A stretch of 39,587 nt of DNA, taken from the NCBI GenBank assembly GCA_041908545.1, contig JAYRFE010000070.1, forward strand, positions 1 through 39,587. The letters are read 5' to 3'. The notes beneath the pieces are model-generated. The model was not told where the DNA came from. It made no database searches and saw only the letters and a list, made by a program, of their open reading frames with translations. Position numbers and translations under genes: made by a program. Position 1 is the first letter of the stretch; every line of letters begins with the position of its first letter. Of the stretch, positions 1 through 8,839 are shown one piece after another. The stretch is from Candidatus Moraniibacteriota bacterium (GTDB taxonomy: Bacteria; Patescibacteriota; Minisyncoccia; Moranbacterales; UBA1568).

Positions 1-140
1 AGTCACTTTGCCAATTTTAATAATTTCAATTTATTTCTTAATTTTTAAGATAGAGAATACTTCTTTGTTTCTATTAGTCATTATATACTCAAGTCAAAAA
101 TAATCTACTCATAAAAATTACATAATTTGTTACGTAATTA

Positions 141-164
141 AAAAACACCCTTTCGGGTGTTTTT
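141..164. terminator. Hairpin AAAAACACCC-TTTC-GGGTGTTTTT at the inner edge of the AT-rich left flank. The A-run/stem/T-run layout could terminate transcription in either direction.
   Basis: Read directly: the 5-bp stem CACCC/GGGTG with loop TTTC is flanked by A5 and T5. It lies immediately left of the tRNA-Asp 3'-end copy. Confidence 0.4.
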
Positions 165-168
165 CTTT

Positions 169-231
169 GCGGGAGCGACGGGACTCGGTCACAAATAATT
201 TGTTTGTCGTCACAAACAAATTTTCGCGACC
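169..231 (-). repeat. Partial copy of the 3' end of tRNA-Asp, interrupted by a 36-nt AT-rich hairpin. It is either an att-like remnant or a tRNA pseudogene fragment.
   Basis: Positions 169-188 (gcgggagcgacgggactcgg) are identical to 370-389 inside tRNA-Asp. The next tRNA segment cgcgacc recurs at 225-231. The 3 nt 'acc' between them in the tRNA is replaced by 189-224, which contains the hairpin tttgtttgt-cgtc-acaaacaaa. No 5' half of a tRNA could be recognised further upstream. Confidence 0.6.
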
Positions 232-329
232 CCGACTCGTCATTTCACATACTCGTGAAATATGACTCCGCCTTCCTCATCCCAACGGAAGTGAAGCAGT
301 TCACTTCCTTCGTTTCCCGCAAGAAACCA

Positions 330-362
330 AAAATCCCAACCGGATAAACCGGCTGGGATTTT
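330..362 (-). terminator. Rho-independent terminator of the tRNA operon
   Basis: The minus strand reads AAAATCCCAGCCGG-TTTAT-CCGGTTGGGATTTTTGGTTTCTT. This is a 13-bp interrupted stem followed by a T-rich tail, starting 6 nt after the CCA end of tRNA-Asp. Confidence 0.6.
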
Positions 363-367
363 GGTCT

Positions 368-444
368 TGGCGGGAGCGACGGGACTCGGACCCGCGACCT
401 CCACAGTGACAGTGTGGCGCTCTAACCAGCTGAGCTACGCCCCC
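368..444 (-). tRNA. tRNA-Asp (anticodon GTC), CCA encoded
   Basis: Hand-folded cloverleaf: acceptor GGGGGCG/CGCTCCC (one G-U pair), D arm GCTC-AGCTGGTTA-GAGC, anticodon arm CCACA-CTGTCAC-TGTGG, T arm GCGGG-TCCGAGT-CCCGT, discriminator G, CCA. Length 77 nt. Confidence 0.9.
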
Positions 445-539
445 CTTCCTCGTTTTTGGAATCCCTCCCTTCCAAAATCCAGCCTCCATAGTTTGCAATA
501 TGGAGATTGGATTCCGCCAGAGAAAGTCCCGAACTGATG

Positions 540-613
540 TAGCAGGGATGGGAATCGAACCCATGACCTCAGCGTTATGAGTGCTGTGCTCTAACCGGCT
601 GAGCTACCCTGCC
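540..613 (-). tRNA. tRNA with anticodon CAT, elongator type (Met, or Ile2 if lysidine-modified)
   Basis: Cloverleaf: GGCAGGG-TA-GCTC-AGCCGGTTA-GAGC-A-CAGCA-CTCATAA-CGCTG-AGGTC-ATGGG-TTCGATT-CCCAT-CCCTGCT-A. It has the elongator-type pair C11:G24 and a G1-U72 wobble. No CCA is encoded. Confidence 0.85.
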
Positions 614-627
614 TCTCATTCCCTTTG

Positions 628-701
628 TTGCGGGGGGTGGATTCGAACCACCGACCTTTTGGTTATGAGCCAAACGAGCTGCCAGACTGCTCTACCCCGC
701 T
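628..701 (-). tRNA. tRNA with anticodon CAT and initiator-like features (probable tRNA-fMet)
   Basis: Cloverleaf: AGCGGGG-TA-GAGC-AGTCTGGCA-GCTC-G-TTTGG-CTCATAA-CCAAA-AGGTC-GGTGG-TTCGAAT-CCACC-CCCCGCA-A. Positions 1:72 are unpaired (A x A) and the D stem has A11:U24, both bacterial initiator hallmarks. The anticodon stem has only two of the usual three G:C pairs. Confidence 0.8.
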
Positions 702-774
702 ATTCATATTTTCCCGACACCTTGTACTTTCTGAACCGAAATCTTCACTTCTTCCGATATCCGAAGCGGCTCTG

Positions 775-848
775 TGGGCGATCCAAGATTCGAACTTGGG
801 ACCTCGACATTATCAGTGTCGCGCTCTAACCACCTGAGCTAATCGCCC
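775..848 (-). tRNA. tRNA-Ile (anticodon GAT)
   Basis: Cloverleaf: GGGCGAT-TA-GCTC-AGGTGGTTA-GAGC-G-CGACA-CTGATAA-TGTCG-AGGTC-CCAAG-TTCGAAT-CTTGG-ATCGCCC-A. Length 74 nt, with no CCA encoded. Confidence 0.9.
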
Positions 849-927
849 AAAAGACTTCTCTTGAAACGAAAACACCCCACCGAAACATCCGACAACAAAA
901 AAAACCAGCTTCCAAGCCAACGGATGT

Positions 928-956
928 ATAATACCCAAACCACCGAAAAAAATCAA
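928..956 (-). promoter_or_regulatory. Sigma70-type promoter upstream of tRNA-Ile (TTGATT-N17-TATTAT)
   Basis: On the minus strand, the -35 element TTGATT is at 951-956 and the -10 element TATTAT is at 928-933, with a 17-nt spacer. It sits between tRNA-Ala and tRNA-Ile. Confidence 0.5.
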
Positions 957-959
957 GGG

Positions 960-1035
960 TGGTGGACCCAAGCGGATTCGGACCGCTCGCCTCCTGCGTG
1001 CAAAGCAGGCGCTCTACCAAATGAGCTATGGGCCC
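960..1035 (-). tRNA. tRNA-Ala (anticodon TGC), CCA encoded
   Basis: Cloverleaf: GGGCCCA-TA-GCTC-ATTTGGTA-GAGC-G-CCTGC-TTTGCAC-GCAGG-AGGCG-AGCGG-TCCGAAT-CCGCT-TGGGTCC-A-CCA. The G3:U70 alanine identity pair is present. Confidence 0.9.
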
Positions 1036-1059
1036 TTTTTCATATTCCGATACCTCGAT

Positions 1060-1087
1060 AGTATACCCGAATCCGGATGATTGTCCA
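1060..1087 (-). promoter_or_regulatory. Sigma70-type promoter of the tRNA operon (TGGACA-N16-TATACT)
   Basis: On the minus strand, the -35 element TGGACA is at 1082-1087 and the -10 element TATACT is at 1060-1065. The -10 element lies 24 nt upstream of the tRNA-Ala 5' end. Confidence 0.5.
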
Positions 1088-1128
1088 TACGCGTTCCCCC
1101 TGCATGTTACAATGAAATACATACGTGT

Positions 1129-2289
1129 ATGGTGTCCGAAACACGCATGAATATCGTCTCCAACCATCAGACTCTTCCTGACGCCGCCTGGCTTCTCGCC
1201 CTCACCGGCATTCCGGGCGTCGGCAACAAGACACTTCTTGCCTTGCTCCGCTCTTTCGGAACCGGACGAGCCGTCTGGCAAGCCGCTCTCGATACGAATG
1301 AAGCCCTCTCCGGTGTGCGTCCGGCTACCCTCTCCGCCCTCCGTACCCACACCCCTACCCTCGATCCCGCATCTCTCTGGAACGATTTCCATGCTTCATT
1401 CCCGGATATCCGTATCATCGGGTATACCGATACGGATTTCCCGGCGCTCCTCCGCGAAATACCTGATGCACCGATACTGCTCTATGTCCGTGGCCCCTTC
1501 GATTGGCGCATGAATCGCCCGATGATCACTATCGTCGGCACCCGTCATCCCTCGACCTATGGCCGACAGGTCGTCCAAGATTTCTCTCGTCATCTCTCAC
1601 GGGCCGGATTCGTGATCGTTTCCGGTCTCGCTTTCGGTATCGATGGTCTCGCTCATCAGGCAACACTCGACAACGACGGCACGACCCTCGCCGTCATCGG
1701 AAGCGGTGTCGATGACGTATCCATTTCACCGCAGTCCCATCTCCCGCTCGCCCACCAGATCATCAAACAAGGCGGGGCGATCATCTCCGAACTCGCTCCG
1801 GGAACGCAGGCGGCGGTCCATACTTTCCCTTCACGCAATCGCATCATGGCCGGCATGAGCCCCGCCACCCTGGTCATCGAAGCGGCGGAACGAAGCGGCA
1901 CGCTCATCACCGCCCGCTTGGCTCTCGAATATGATCGGGACGTCCTCGCCATTCCCGGGTCTCTTTTCTCTCCGGGTTCCATCGGTTGCCATCGACTCAT
2001 TCAGAACGGCGCAAAACTCATCACCTGCCTCGAAGACATCCTCGAGGAATTTCCGACGGCGACAGCCCTGGTCACTCCCGATCACCCGTCGAATGAAAGG
2101 ACGCTCCCTCCGCTTTCGGAAAACGAAACAGCCCTCCTCTCGCTCCTCACCCGCGAATCCCTCCATATCGATCAGATCATCCGACAAACAAAGCGTTCCG
2201 CCAATGAAATCACTTCGGATCTTACCCTGCTTGAGATGAAAGGGCTTGCCAAGAATATCGGTGGCATGCACTATAGGAGAATACGCTGA
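1129..2289 (+). CDS. dprA: DNA-processing protein DprA/Smf
   Basis: The ORF-track protein has an N-terminal SAM-like motif (GIPGVGNKTLLALLRSFG). It has the DprA Rossmann core (IVGTRHPSTYG, VSGLAFGIDGLAHQATL, FPSRNRIMAGMS, VIEAAERSGTLITARLALEYDRDVLAIPG) and a C-terminal winged-helix-like tail. I prefer the ATG at 1129 (or 1147) over the TTG at 1081, because 1060-1087 holds the divergent tRNA promoter. Confidence 0.9.
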   Translation: MVSETRMNIVSNHQTLPDAAWLLALTGIPGVGNKTLLALLRSFGTGRAVWQAALDTNEALSGVRPATLSALRTHTPTLDPASLWNDFHASFPDIRIIGYTDTDFPALLREIPDAPILLYVRGPFDWRMNRPMITIVGTRHPSTYGRQVVQDFSRHLSRAGFVIVSGLAFGIDGLAHQATLDNDGTTLAVIGSGVDDVSISPQSHLPLAHQIIKQGGAIISELAPGTQAAVHTFPSRNRIMAGMSPATLVIEAAERSGTLITARLALEYDRDVLAIPGSLFSPGSIGCHRLIQNGAKLITCLEDILEEFPTATALVTPDHPSNERTLPPLSENETALLSLLTRESLHIDQIIRQTKRSANEITSDLTLLEMKGLAKNIGGMHYRRIR

Positions 2290-2335
2290 CATCGATCGGC
2301 GCATCAATATGTTCACTGATCAATTGTCATATCTT

Positions 2336-4495
2336 ATGAAGCTCCTCATCGTCGAATCCCCTTCCAAGGCCAAGACTATCGAGAAATACCTGAAAGGCGG
2401 CTACAAGGTCGTGGCTTCGGTCGGACACGTGCGCGACCTTCCCAAATCAAACAAGGATGCGATCGATATCAAAGCCGGATTCGTTCCCCGCTATGTCGTG
2501 AGTCCCGGAAAGGAAAATATCGTACGCGAGATTTCATCGCTCGTCAAGAAAAGCAGCGAGGTTCTCCTGGCAACCGACCCCGACCGCGAAGGTGAGGCCA
2601 TCGCCTGGCACGTCGCCGATGCCTGCGGGATCAAGAAACCGCGGCGCGTCCTCTTTTATGAGATCACCGAAAAATCAGTCAACGAGGCGATCTCCCATCC
2701 GAGGCCTCTCGATCAGAATCTCCGCAAAGCGCAAGAAGCCCGTCGGGTGCTCGACCGGCTCGTCGGCTACGATCTCTCAGGACTCGTCTGGAAAAAAGTC
2801 CGCTACGGTCTCTCCGCCGGTCGTGTCCAGTCGCCGGCACTCCATATCCTTGCCGAACGTGAAAACGCCATTCAAGCTTTCATTCCCGAGGCCTACTTCA
2901 TCGTCACCGCCCTCTGCCAGACGACCAAGAAAGAGCCGATCGCTTTCACCTGTGTCGAACAACCGAAGACCAAGGAGGAATGCGATCGCATCATCGGACT
3001 CGCGAAAAAAAATCCATGGGAGATCACCGATGTCACCGCTACCAACGCGAAACGCCGTCCCTACCCACCCTTCACCACCTCGACTCTCCAGCAGGCAGCC
3101 AGTTCGCGCCTCGGCCTCTCTCCTTCCCGCACGATGCGGGCCGCTCAGAAGCTCTACGAAAAAGGCGCGATCACCTATATGCGTACTGATAGCGTTTCCA
3201 TTTCCGAAGAAATCATCCCGAAAATCGCCACTCTTATCAACAAGGAATTCGGCGAAAAATATCTGACCACCCGCCGCTATCAGACCAAATCAAAGAATGC
3301 CCAGGAGGCCCATGAAGCCATACGACCGACCGACCCGGGCAAAAAGACCGCCGGTTTCTCCGATGATGAAAAACGCCTCTACACCTTGATCCGCATCCGG
3401 ACTCTCGCCTCGCAAATGACCGATGCCGAAATCCTCCGAACCAAGATAACTGCCAATACCGTAGACCGATCCCTTCCTCACTTCACCGCGAGCGGATCGC
3501 ATCTACTCTTCGACGGATGGCTCGCTCTCGATACGGCGGCCCGCGGTGACGATGTCGAGGTACCCCAAACCAAGGCAGGAGATCGGCTCACCCTGAAAGA
3601 TATCGCTGCGGAAGAAAAAGCGACGGAACCACCCAAACGCTATACCGAGGCTGGTCTGGTCAAGGAACTCGAGAAGAGAGGTATCGGCCGACCATCGACC
3701 TATGCCAGCATCATCAAGACTATCCAAGATCGCGGGTATGTCGAAAAGGAAGGCAAGGCGCTCCGGGTGACGGACACCGGCCTCGTCGTCGACGGCTTTC
3801 TCTTCGCCCATTTCAGCGAGATCGTCTCCGAACAGTTCACTGCCGACATGGAAAACAAACTCGATGATATCGCAAACGGTGAACGCGAATACGGGAAGAC
3901 ACTAAAAGACTTCTATACCCCCTTCACCAGGGAAATCAAAAGCAAGGATAAGATCGCTAAAGTCACCAATATGGGAGACGCTCCGAAAGGCACCGTATGT
4001 CCGAAATGCGGATCAAGCATGGTCATCAAGCTCGCACGCAATGGAAAATTCTTTTCCTGTTCACGCTTCCCTGACTGCGACGGCTCCCTGACCGAGGAAG
4101 GCAAGGTCATCGAACCACCCAAAGAAACCGGTGAGGCCTGCCCCGACTGCAAGGACGGAAAACTTATCGAGCGCCAGGGGAAATACGGGGGATTCATCGC
4201 CTGTTCCAATTTCCCGAAATGCAAATTCATCAAGAACGACGAGAAGTCGATCGTTTCGAGCGGTGTCCAATGCCCGGTCTGCAAAAAAGGCGACATGATC
4301 GAACGGAAGGGACGTTTCGGACTTTTCTATTCCTGTTCCCACTATCCGGACTGCAAAAACGCGATCAAGGCCAAACCGACCGGCGCGCTCTGCAAGCTTT
4401 GCGGTGCGCTCATGATGGAAGGCACGAAAACCATTCCTGAACGCTGCAGCCAAAAAACCTGTCCAAACCATCGTCCGGACAAATTGAAGAAGTAG
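2336..4495 (+). CDS. topA: DNA topoisomerase I with four C-terminal zinc ribbons
   Basis: TOPRIM start MKLLIVESPSKAKTIEKYL, then DPDREGEAIAWH, the catalytic-Tyr region AITYMRTDS, and four CxxC...CxxC modules in the last ~170 aa. The in-frame ATG at 2336 matches the canonical N-terminus. The ORF-track start at 2246 overlaps the end of dprA. Confidence 0.95.
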   Translation: MKLLIVESPSKAKTIEKYLKGGYKVVASVGHVRDLPKSNKDAIDIKAGFVPRYVVSPGKENIVREISSLVKKSSEVLLATDPDREGEAIAWHVADACGIKKPRRVLFYEITEKSVNEAISHPRPLDQNLRKAQEARRVLDRLVGYDLSGLVWKKVRYGLSAGRVQSPALHILAERENAIQAFIPEAYFIVTALCQTTKKEPIAFTCVEQPKTKEECDRIIGLAKKNPWEITDVTATNAKRRPYPPFTTSTLQQAASSRLGLSPSRTMRAAQKLYEKGAITYMRTDSVSISEEIIPKIATLINKEFGEKYLTTRRYQTKSKNAQEAHEAIRPTDPGKKTAGFSDDEKRLYTLIRIRTLASQMTDAEILRTKITANTVDRSLPHFTASGSHLLFDGWLALDTAARGDDVEVPQTKAGDRLTLKDIAAEEKATEPPKRYTEAGLVKELEKRGIGRPSTYASIIKTIQDRGYVEKEGKALRVTDTGLVVDGFLFAHFSEIVSEQFTADMENKLDDIANGEREYGKTLKDFYTPFTREIKSKDKIAKVTNMGDAPKGTVCPKCGSSMVIKLARNGKFFSCSRFPDCDGSLTEEGKVIEPPKETGEACPDCKDGKLIERQGKYGGFIACSNFPKCKFIKNDEKSIVSSGVQCPVCKKGDMIERKGRFGLFYSCSHYPDCKNAIKAKPTGALCKLCGALMMEGTKTIPERCSQKTCPNHRPDKLKK

Positions 4496-4546
4496 GACTT
4501 TTCTTCCTCTCGAGTGCTACACCCCCATGATCTGCGGCACGATCTG

Positions 4547-4951
4547 CTAGGGACGGGTTTGATCGAGTTCGACTACGAATACCCGCTGCCAGGAACCCAG
4601 CTGGAGTTTCTGTCCCATCACATTGAGGAGTGTCGAGGTCGGGAGACGGATCGTCTTATTGTGCGCGTGCCCGTTGACGTACTCATCCGACGACATGTGT
4701 TCGGTACGGATTTCGAAATTATCGTGCAGATATTTGTACGACCGCGGAGCAAGCTTCTCAAGCAATACTTTCATATCCTCGATAAGCAGAGGTTCCGCCT
4801 CATTTACGATGACTGCGACCGTCGTATGGAGACTCTAAATATTGATGACTCCGTTCTTGATACCGGAGTCCTTAATCTTCCTCCGAATCTTGTCGGTGAC
4901 GTCGATGAAATCAAGCGTCGCGCTCGTCGAAAGCTTGATGATATGATTCAT
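4547..4951 (-). pseudogene. YjbQ/UPF0047-family gene interrupted by one in-frame TAG (4835-4837)
   Basis: My hand translation of the minus strand gives MNHIIKLSTSATLDFIDVTDKIRRKIKDSGIKNGVINI*SLHTTVAVIVNEAEPLLIEDMKVLLEKLAP...YVNGHAHNKTIRLPTSTLLNVMGQKLQLGSWQRVFVVELD. This is colinear with E. coli YjbQ (..LLHLLLQHTSASLTLNEN...PSHIKSSMLGTSL...TGTWQGIWLGE). The ORF track shows only the 75-aa C-terminal piece. An alternative ATG is at 4960. Confidence 0.8.
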
Positions 4952-5120
4952 GATACGCATATGACTGGAATGTATTAAGGGTACCCGAAAATGCTGCGCT
5001 CAGTGTACCGGCATCCGTTTCCTCTGACTATGCGACCATCTTTTCTTAGAACCAGGCCACACCATAAGCAAACATTCAAACTCAGCTCTTCCCTTCATTA
5101 AGCCAAAAACTCAGAATTGC

Positions 5121-5148
5121 TTGACAAAATACCCAAAAAGAGTATAAT
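5121..5148 (+). promoter_or_regulatory. Near-consensus sigma70 promoter TTGACA-N16-TATAAT with no convincing downstream gene
   Basis: TTGACA is at 5121-5126 and TATAAT is at 5143-5148. All neighbouring annotated genes are on the minus strand. Confidence 0.6.
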
Positions 5149-5154
5149 TAAAAA

Positions 5155-5361
5155 CAGTAAATCCAAAGGAGAGCGGCAAATGGGCCCAGAGTATCGGCGC
5201 CCGGAGACAAGGGACCTCACACTGATGACGGTTCCATGGGTCCGAGTCGGGAAAACGGCCTTCACGCCCCTTTCCCGACTCGCTTCCCGCATACGTTCTT
5301 TCTCTCTTTTTCTCCCTCCTACTTGCCCCCATCGCTTCGCGATTCAGGGGCCTTTTTATTT
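5155..5361 (+). ncRNA. Candidate ~200-nt structured transcript of unknown class, running from the orphan promoter to an intrinsic terminator
   Basis: Starts about 7 nt after the -10 element. It contains a 7-bp helix GGGCCCA (5182-5188)/TGGGTCC (5237-5243). It also has a perfect 12-bp hairpin CGAGTCGGGAAA-N16-TTTCCCGACTCG (5243-5282). A terminator GCCCC-c-ATCGC-TTC-GCGAT-tca-GGGGC followed by CTTTTTATTT lies at 5325-5361. No known RNA family was recognised by eye. Confidence 0.3.
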
Positions 5362-5396
5362 CCGATCCCTGACCGTTCTTCCTCCTCCGTTCCGGA

Positions 5397-5708
5397 CTAC
5401 ATCCGTTCCAACCACCCGGAAACACTCACCAGAAAGACGATATTTTCGAGAATCAAAAGCGGAACGCCCAGGATGAAATACCACTTCTGAGTCTTATGCC
5501 GGAAGACCAGCATACCGAACCACACTCCGATACTTCCGAATGCCGCCGCCCAAAAAAACAGGAGTCCCTCCGGAATCCGCTCCGCTCCGGACGTCCGACT
5601 CCGATGCTTGTCGAGAGCCATACCCAAGAAGGTTCCCGTATTCACCAGAAAAAAAATGCTCGCCAATCCGAGAGTGATCTGATCCATAGCGGAGGCACGC
5701 TTACTCAA
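5397..5708 (-). CDS. DUF1294-family small membrane protein
   Basis: Family-typical pattern DKHRSR..AERIPEGLL...AAFGSIGVWFGMLVFRHKTQKWYF. It overlaps the stop of the upstream metallophosphoesterase gene by 8 nt, suggesting an operon. Confidence 0.75.
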   Translation of the reverse strand: MSKRASAMDQITLGLASIFFLVNTGTFLGMALDKHRSRTSGAERIPEGLLFFWAAAFGSIGVWFGMLVFRHKTQKWYFILGVPLLILENIVFLVSVSGWLERM

Positions 5709-6825
5709 GCGTTATCATCACTATCTCGGGCGTATTACCGACCCGCAGAGGTGGTCCCCAGGTACCGATACCGTTCGTCGTATAGAGAGTATATCCTCCG
5801 TCCTGATAAAGACCGTAATCATGTCCGCGATAAATCGCCTTCGTGACGAATGAGAAGGGGAACATCTGACCGAGATGCGTATGTCCCGAGAGCTGAAGAT
5901 TGATACCGGCTGCCTTGAACACTTCGATATTCGTCGGAGCATGAAAGAGAAGGATATTCGGTTTTCCGATGAAAGAAGGACTCATCCTCTTCAGGAGACC
6001 TGCGGGATCGAACGAGGCTCCTCTTTCCGGATAGCCGATGCCGATCAGCGCCAGGCCGTCGATATCTACCACTTCATTCTCCAATATCCGTACCGGCAAG
6101 ACGCCAAGTGCGCCTCGGACGATATCCGTACCGATATAGGTTTCGTGATTCCCAGTGACAAAATAAATCCCCTTTTCCGCGCGTATATCCGCCAATGGAG
6201 CCGCCAGAGCATCCAATTGATCGTTCATCCCATCGAACAGATCTCCCGTGATGACGACCAAGGACGGTTTCCCGGCATTCACCTGATCGACCACTCTCTG
6301 CAGGAAAGCTTTCCGATACACATCGCCAAGATGGACATCAGAGAGCTGGACAATACGCTTCCCCTTCCAGACATCGGGCAATCCCGGAATCCGGACCGTC
6401 ACTTCCTTCACCTGGGGATGAAAGGCGTTCCAGACTCCGAACAAGGAAACGGACACGGCGATCCCAAAAAAAAGGCTCGTCAGAAGGACTATGTTCGGAT
6501 ATACCCACCCGATTCGCGGCAGAATGAAGATGATAAGCCAGATTAAAAGAGCTGCGATCAGAAGTTGAACAAGTAACCCGAGCCAAAAACCGGACAGCGC
6601 ATAAAGAAACCGGGTCAACTGCATATCCTTCCAGTGAACGAGTAAGGAACTTGCAACGAAGCTTCCCGAAAGAAAAAGCATACCGATTATCAACCAGAAA
6701 CGCTGTGTCGGCAGAACGAGTCCGAAGAAATGGGCGATCGAAACAGCGAGGAGCGCATGTGCTCCGAATAGTACCAGCCAAAAAAGGGAAAAAATGACGA
6801 TGAACATGGTCGTACGGGATAACAA
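5701..6825 (-). CDS. Membrane-anchored metallophosphoesterase (calcineurin-like, YkuE-type)
   Basis: About four N-terminal TM segments, followed by the phosphoesterase motifs RIVQLSDVHLG, VVITGDLFDG, VTGNHE and LSGHTHLGQ. Confidence 0.85.
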   Translation of the reverse strand: MLSRTTMFIVIFSLFWLVLFGAHALLAVSIAHFFGLVLPTQRFWLIIGMLFLSGSFVASSLLVHWKDMQLTRFLYALSGFWLGLLVQLLIAALLIWLIIFILPRIGWVYPNIVLLTSLFFGIAVSVSLFGVWNAFHPQVKEVTVRIPGLPDVWKGKRIVQLSDVHLGDVYRKAFLQRVVDQVNAGKPSLVVITGDLFDGMNDQLDALAAPLADIRAEKGIYFVTGNHETYIGTDIVRGALGVLPVRILENEVVDIDGLALIGIGYPERGASFDPAGLLKRMSPSFIGKPNILLFHAPTNIEVFKAAGINLQLSGHTHLGQMFPFSFVTKAIYRGHDYGLYQDGGYTLYTTNGIGTWGPPLRVGNTPEIVMITLE

Positions 6826-6871
6826 ATAAATCGCCTCCTCATCTTACTCCTCTTTTCTTCCTCTTTCAACG

Positions 6872-6904
6872 AAAAAGGCTCCCTCTAAAAACGGGAGCCT
6901 TTTT
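6872..6904 (-). terminator. groEL terminator (12-bp stem flanked by A5/T5)
   Basis: AAAAAGGCTCCC-tctaaaaac-GGGAGCCTTTTT lies 22 nt downstream of the groEL stop. On the minus strand the stem is followed by TTTTTCGTT. Confidence 0.7.
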
Positions 6905-6925
6905 CACGCCTTGCTTTCGGGTGAC

Positions 6926-8671
<1,746 letters not shown>

Positions 8672-8698
8672 TTAGCACTCTCTATTATAGATTGCTAA
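8672..8698. promoter_or_regulatory. CIRCE operator (HrcA-type inverted repeat)
   Basis: TTAGCACTC-N9-GATTGCTAA matches the consensus TTAGCACTC-N9-GAGTGCTAA with one mismatch. It lies about 100 nt upstream of the groEL start. Confidence 0.8.
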
Positions 8699-8713
8699 TT
8701 CGAGACGTGTCAA
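8684..8713 (-). promoter_or_regulatory. groEL promoter TTGACA-N18-TATAAT, with the -10 element inside the CIRCE spacer
   Basis: On the minus strand, TTGACA is at 8708-8713 and TATAAT is at 8684-8689. Confidence 0.55.
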
Positions 8714-8839
8714 GATAGGACTCCCACCCATGCATCCTACGAAAAACACCTGGGAATCCTGTCGTTTTCCGGTCATTTTCTCTTATCCGACGCAGACAAA
8801 TAATACGTACTCCGAAAAAATCCAGGGAGGGCGCCCTCC

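Noticed and set aside
455-539. Possible sixth tRNA or small RNA between tRNA-Asp and tRNA-Met
   Set aside because: Only simple hairpins are present (TTGGAA/TTCCAA and AATCCA-CTCCATA...TATGGAG-TGGATT). No cloverleaf can be drawn, so this is probably a processing spacer.
4835-4837. Alternative genetic code (TAG or TGA reassignment, as in some CPR lineages)
   Set aside because: TGA ends dprA at the expected place. TAG ends topA, groEL and yjbQ. Trp is encoded by TGG throughout. No other conserved gene in the window has an internal stop.
4514-4978. 154-aa plus-strand ORF downstream of topA
   Set aside because: The opposite strand encodes an end-to-end YjbQ-family protein (with one amber codon). 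The plus-strand product has no recognisable features.
5155-5361. SRP (4.5S) or 6S RNA assignment for the orphan transcript
   Set aside because: CCGGAG...GAUGACG loosely resembles E. coli 4.5S spacing. However, the GNRA tetraloop and AGCA symmetric-loop motifs are absent, and the 5' and 3' ends do not form the closing stem expected for 6S.
5117-5476. 119-aa ORF (or 98 aa from ATG 5180, which has a good SD) after the orphan promoter
   Set aside because: The sequence is Arg/Pro/Ser/Thr-rich and low in complexity. It runs through an intrinsic terminator and overlaps the converging DUF1294 gene. I keep open only the possibility of a short leader peptide.
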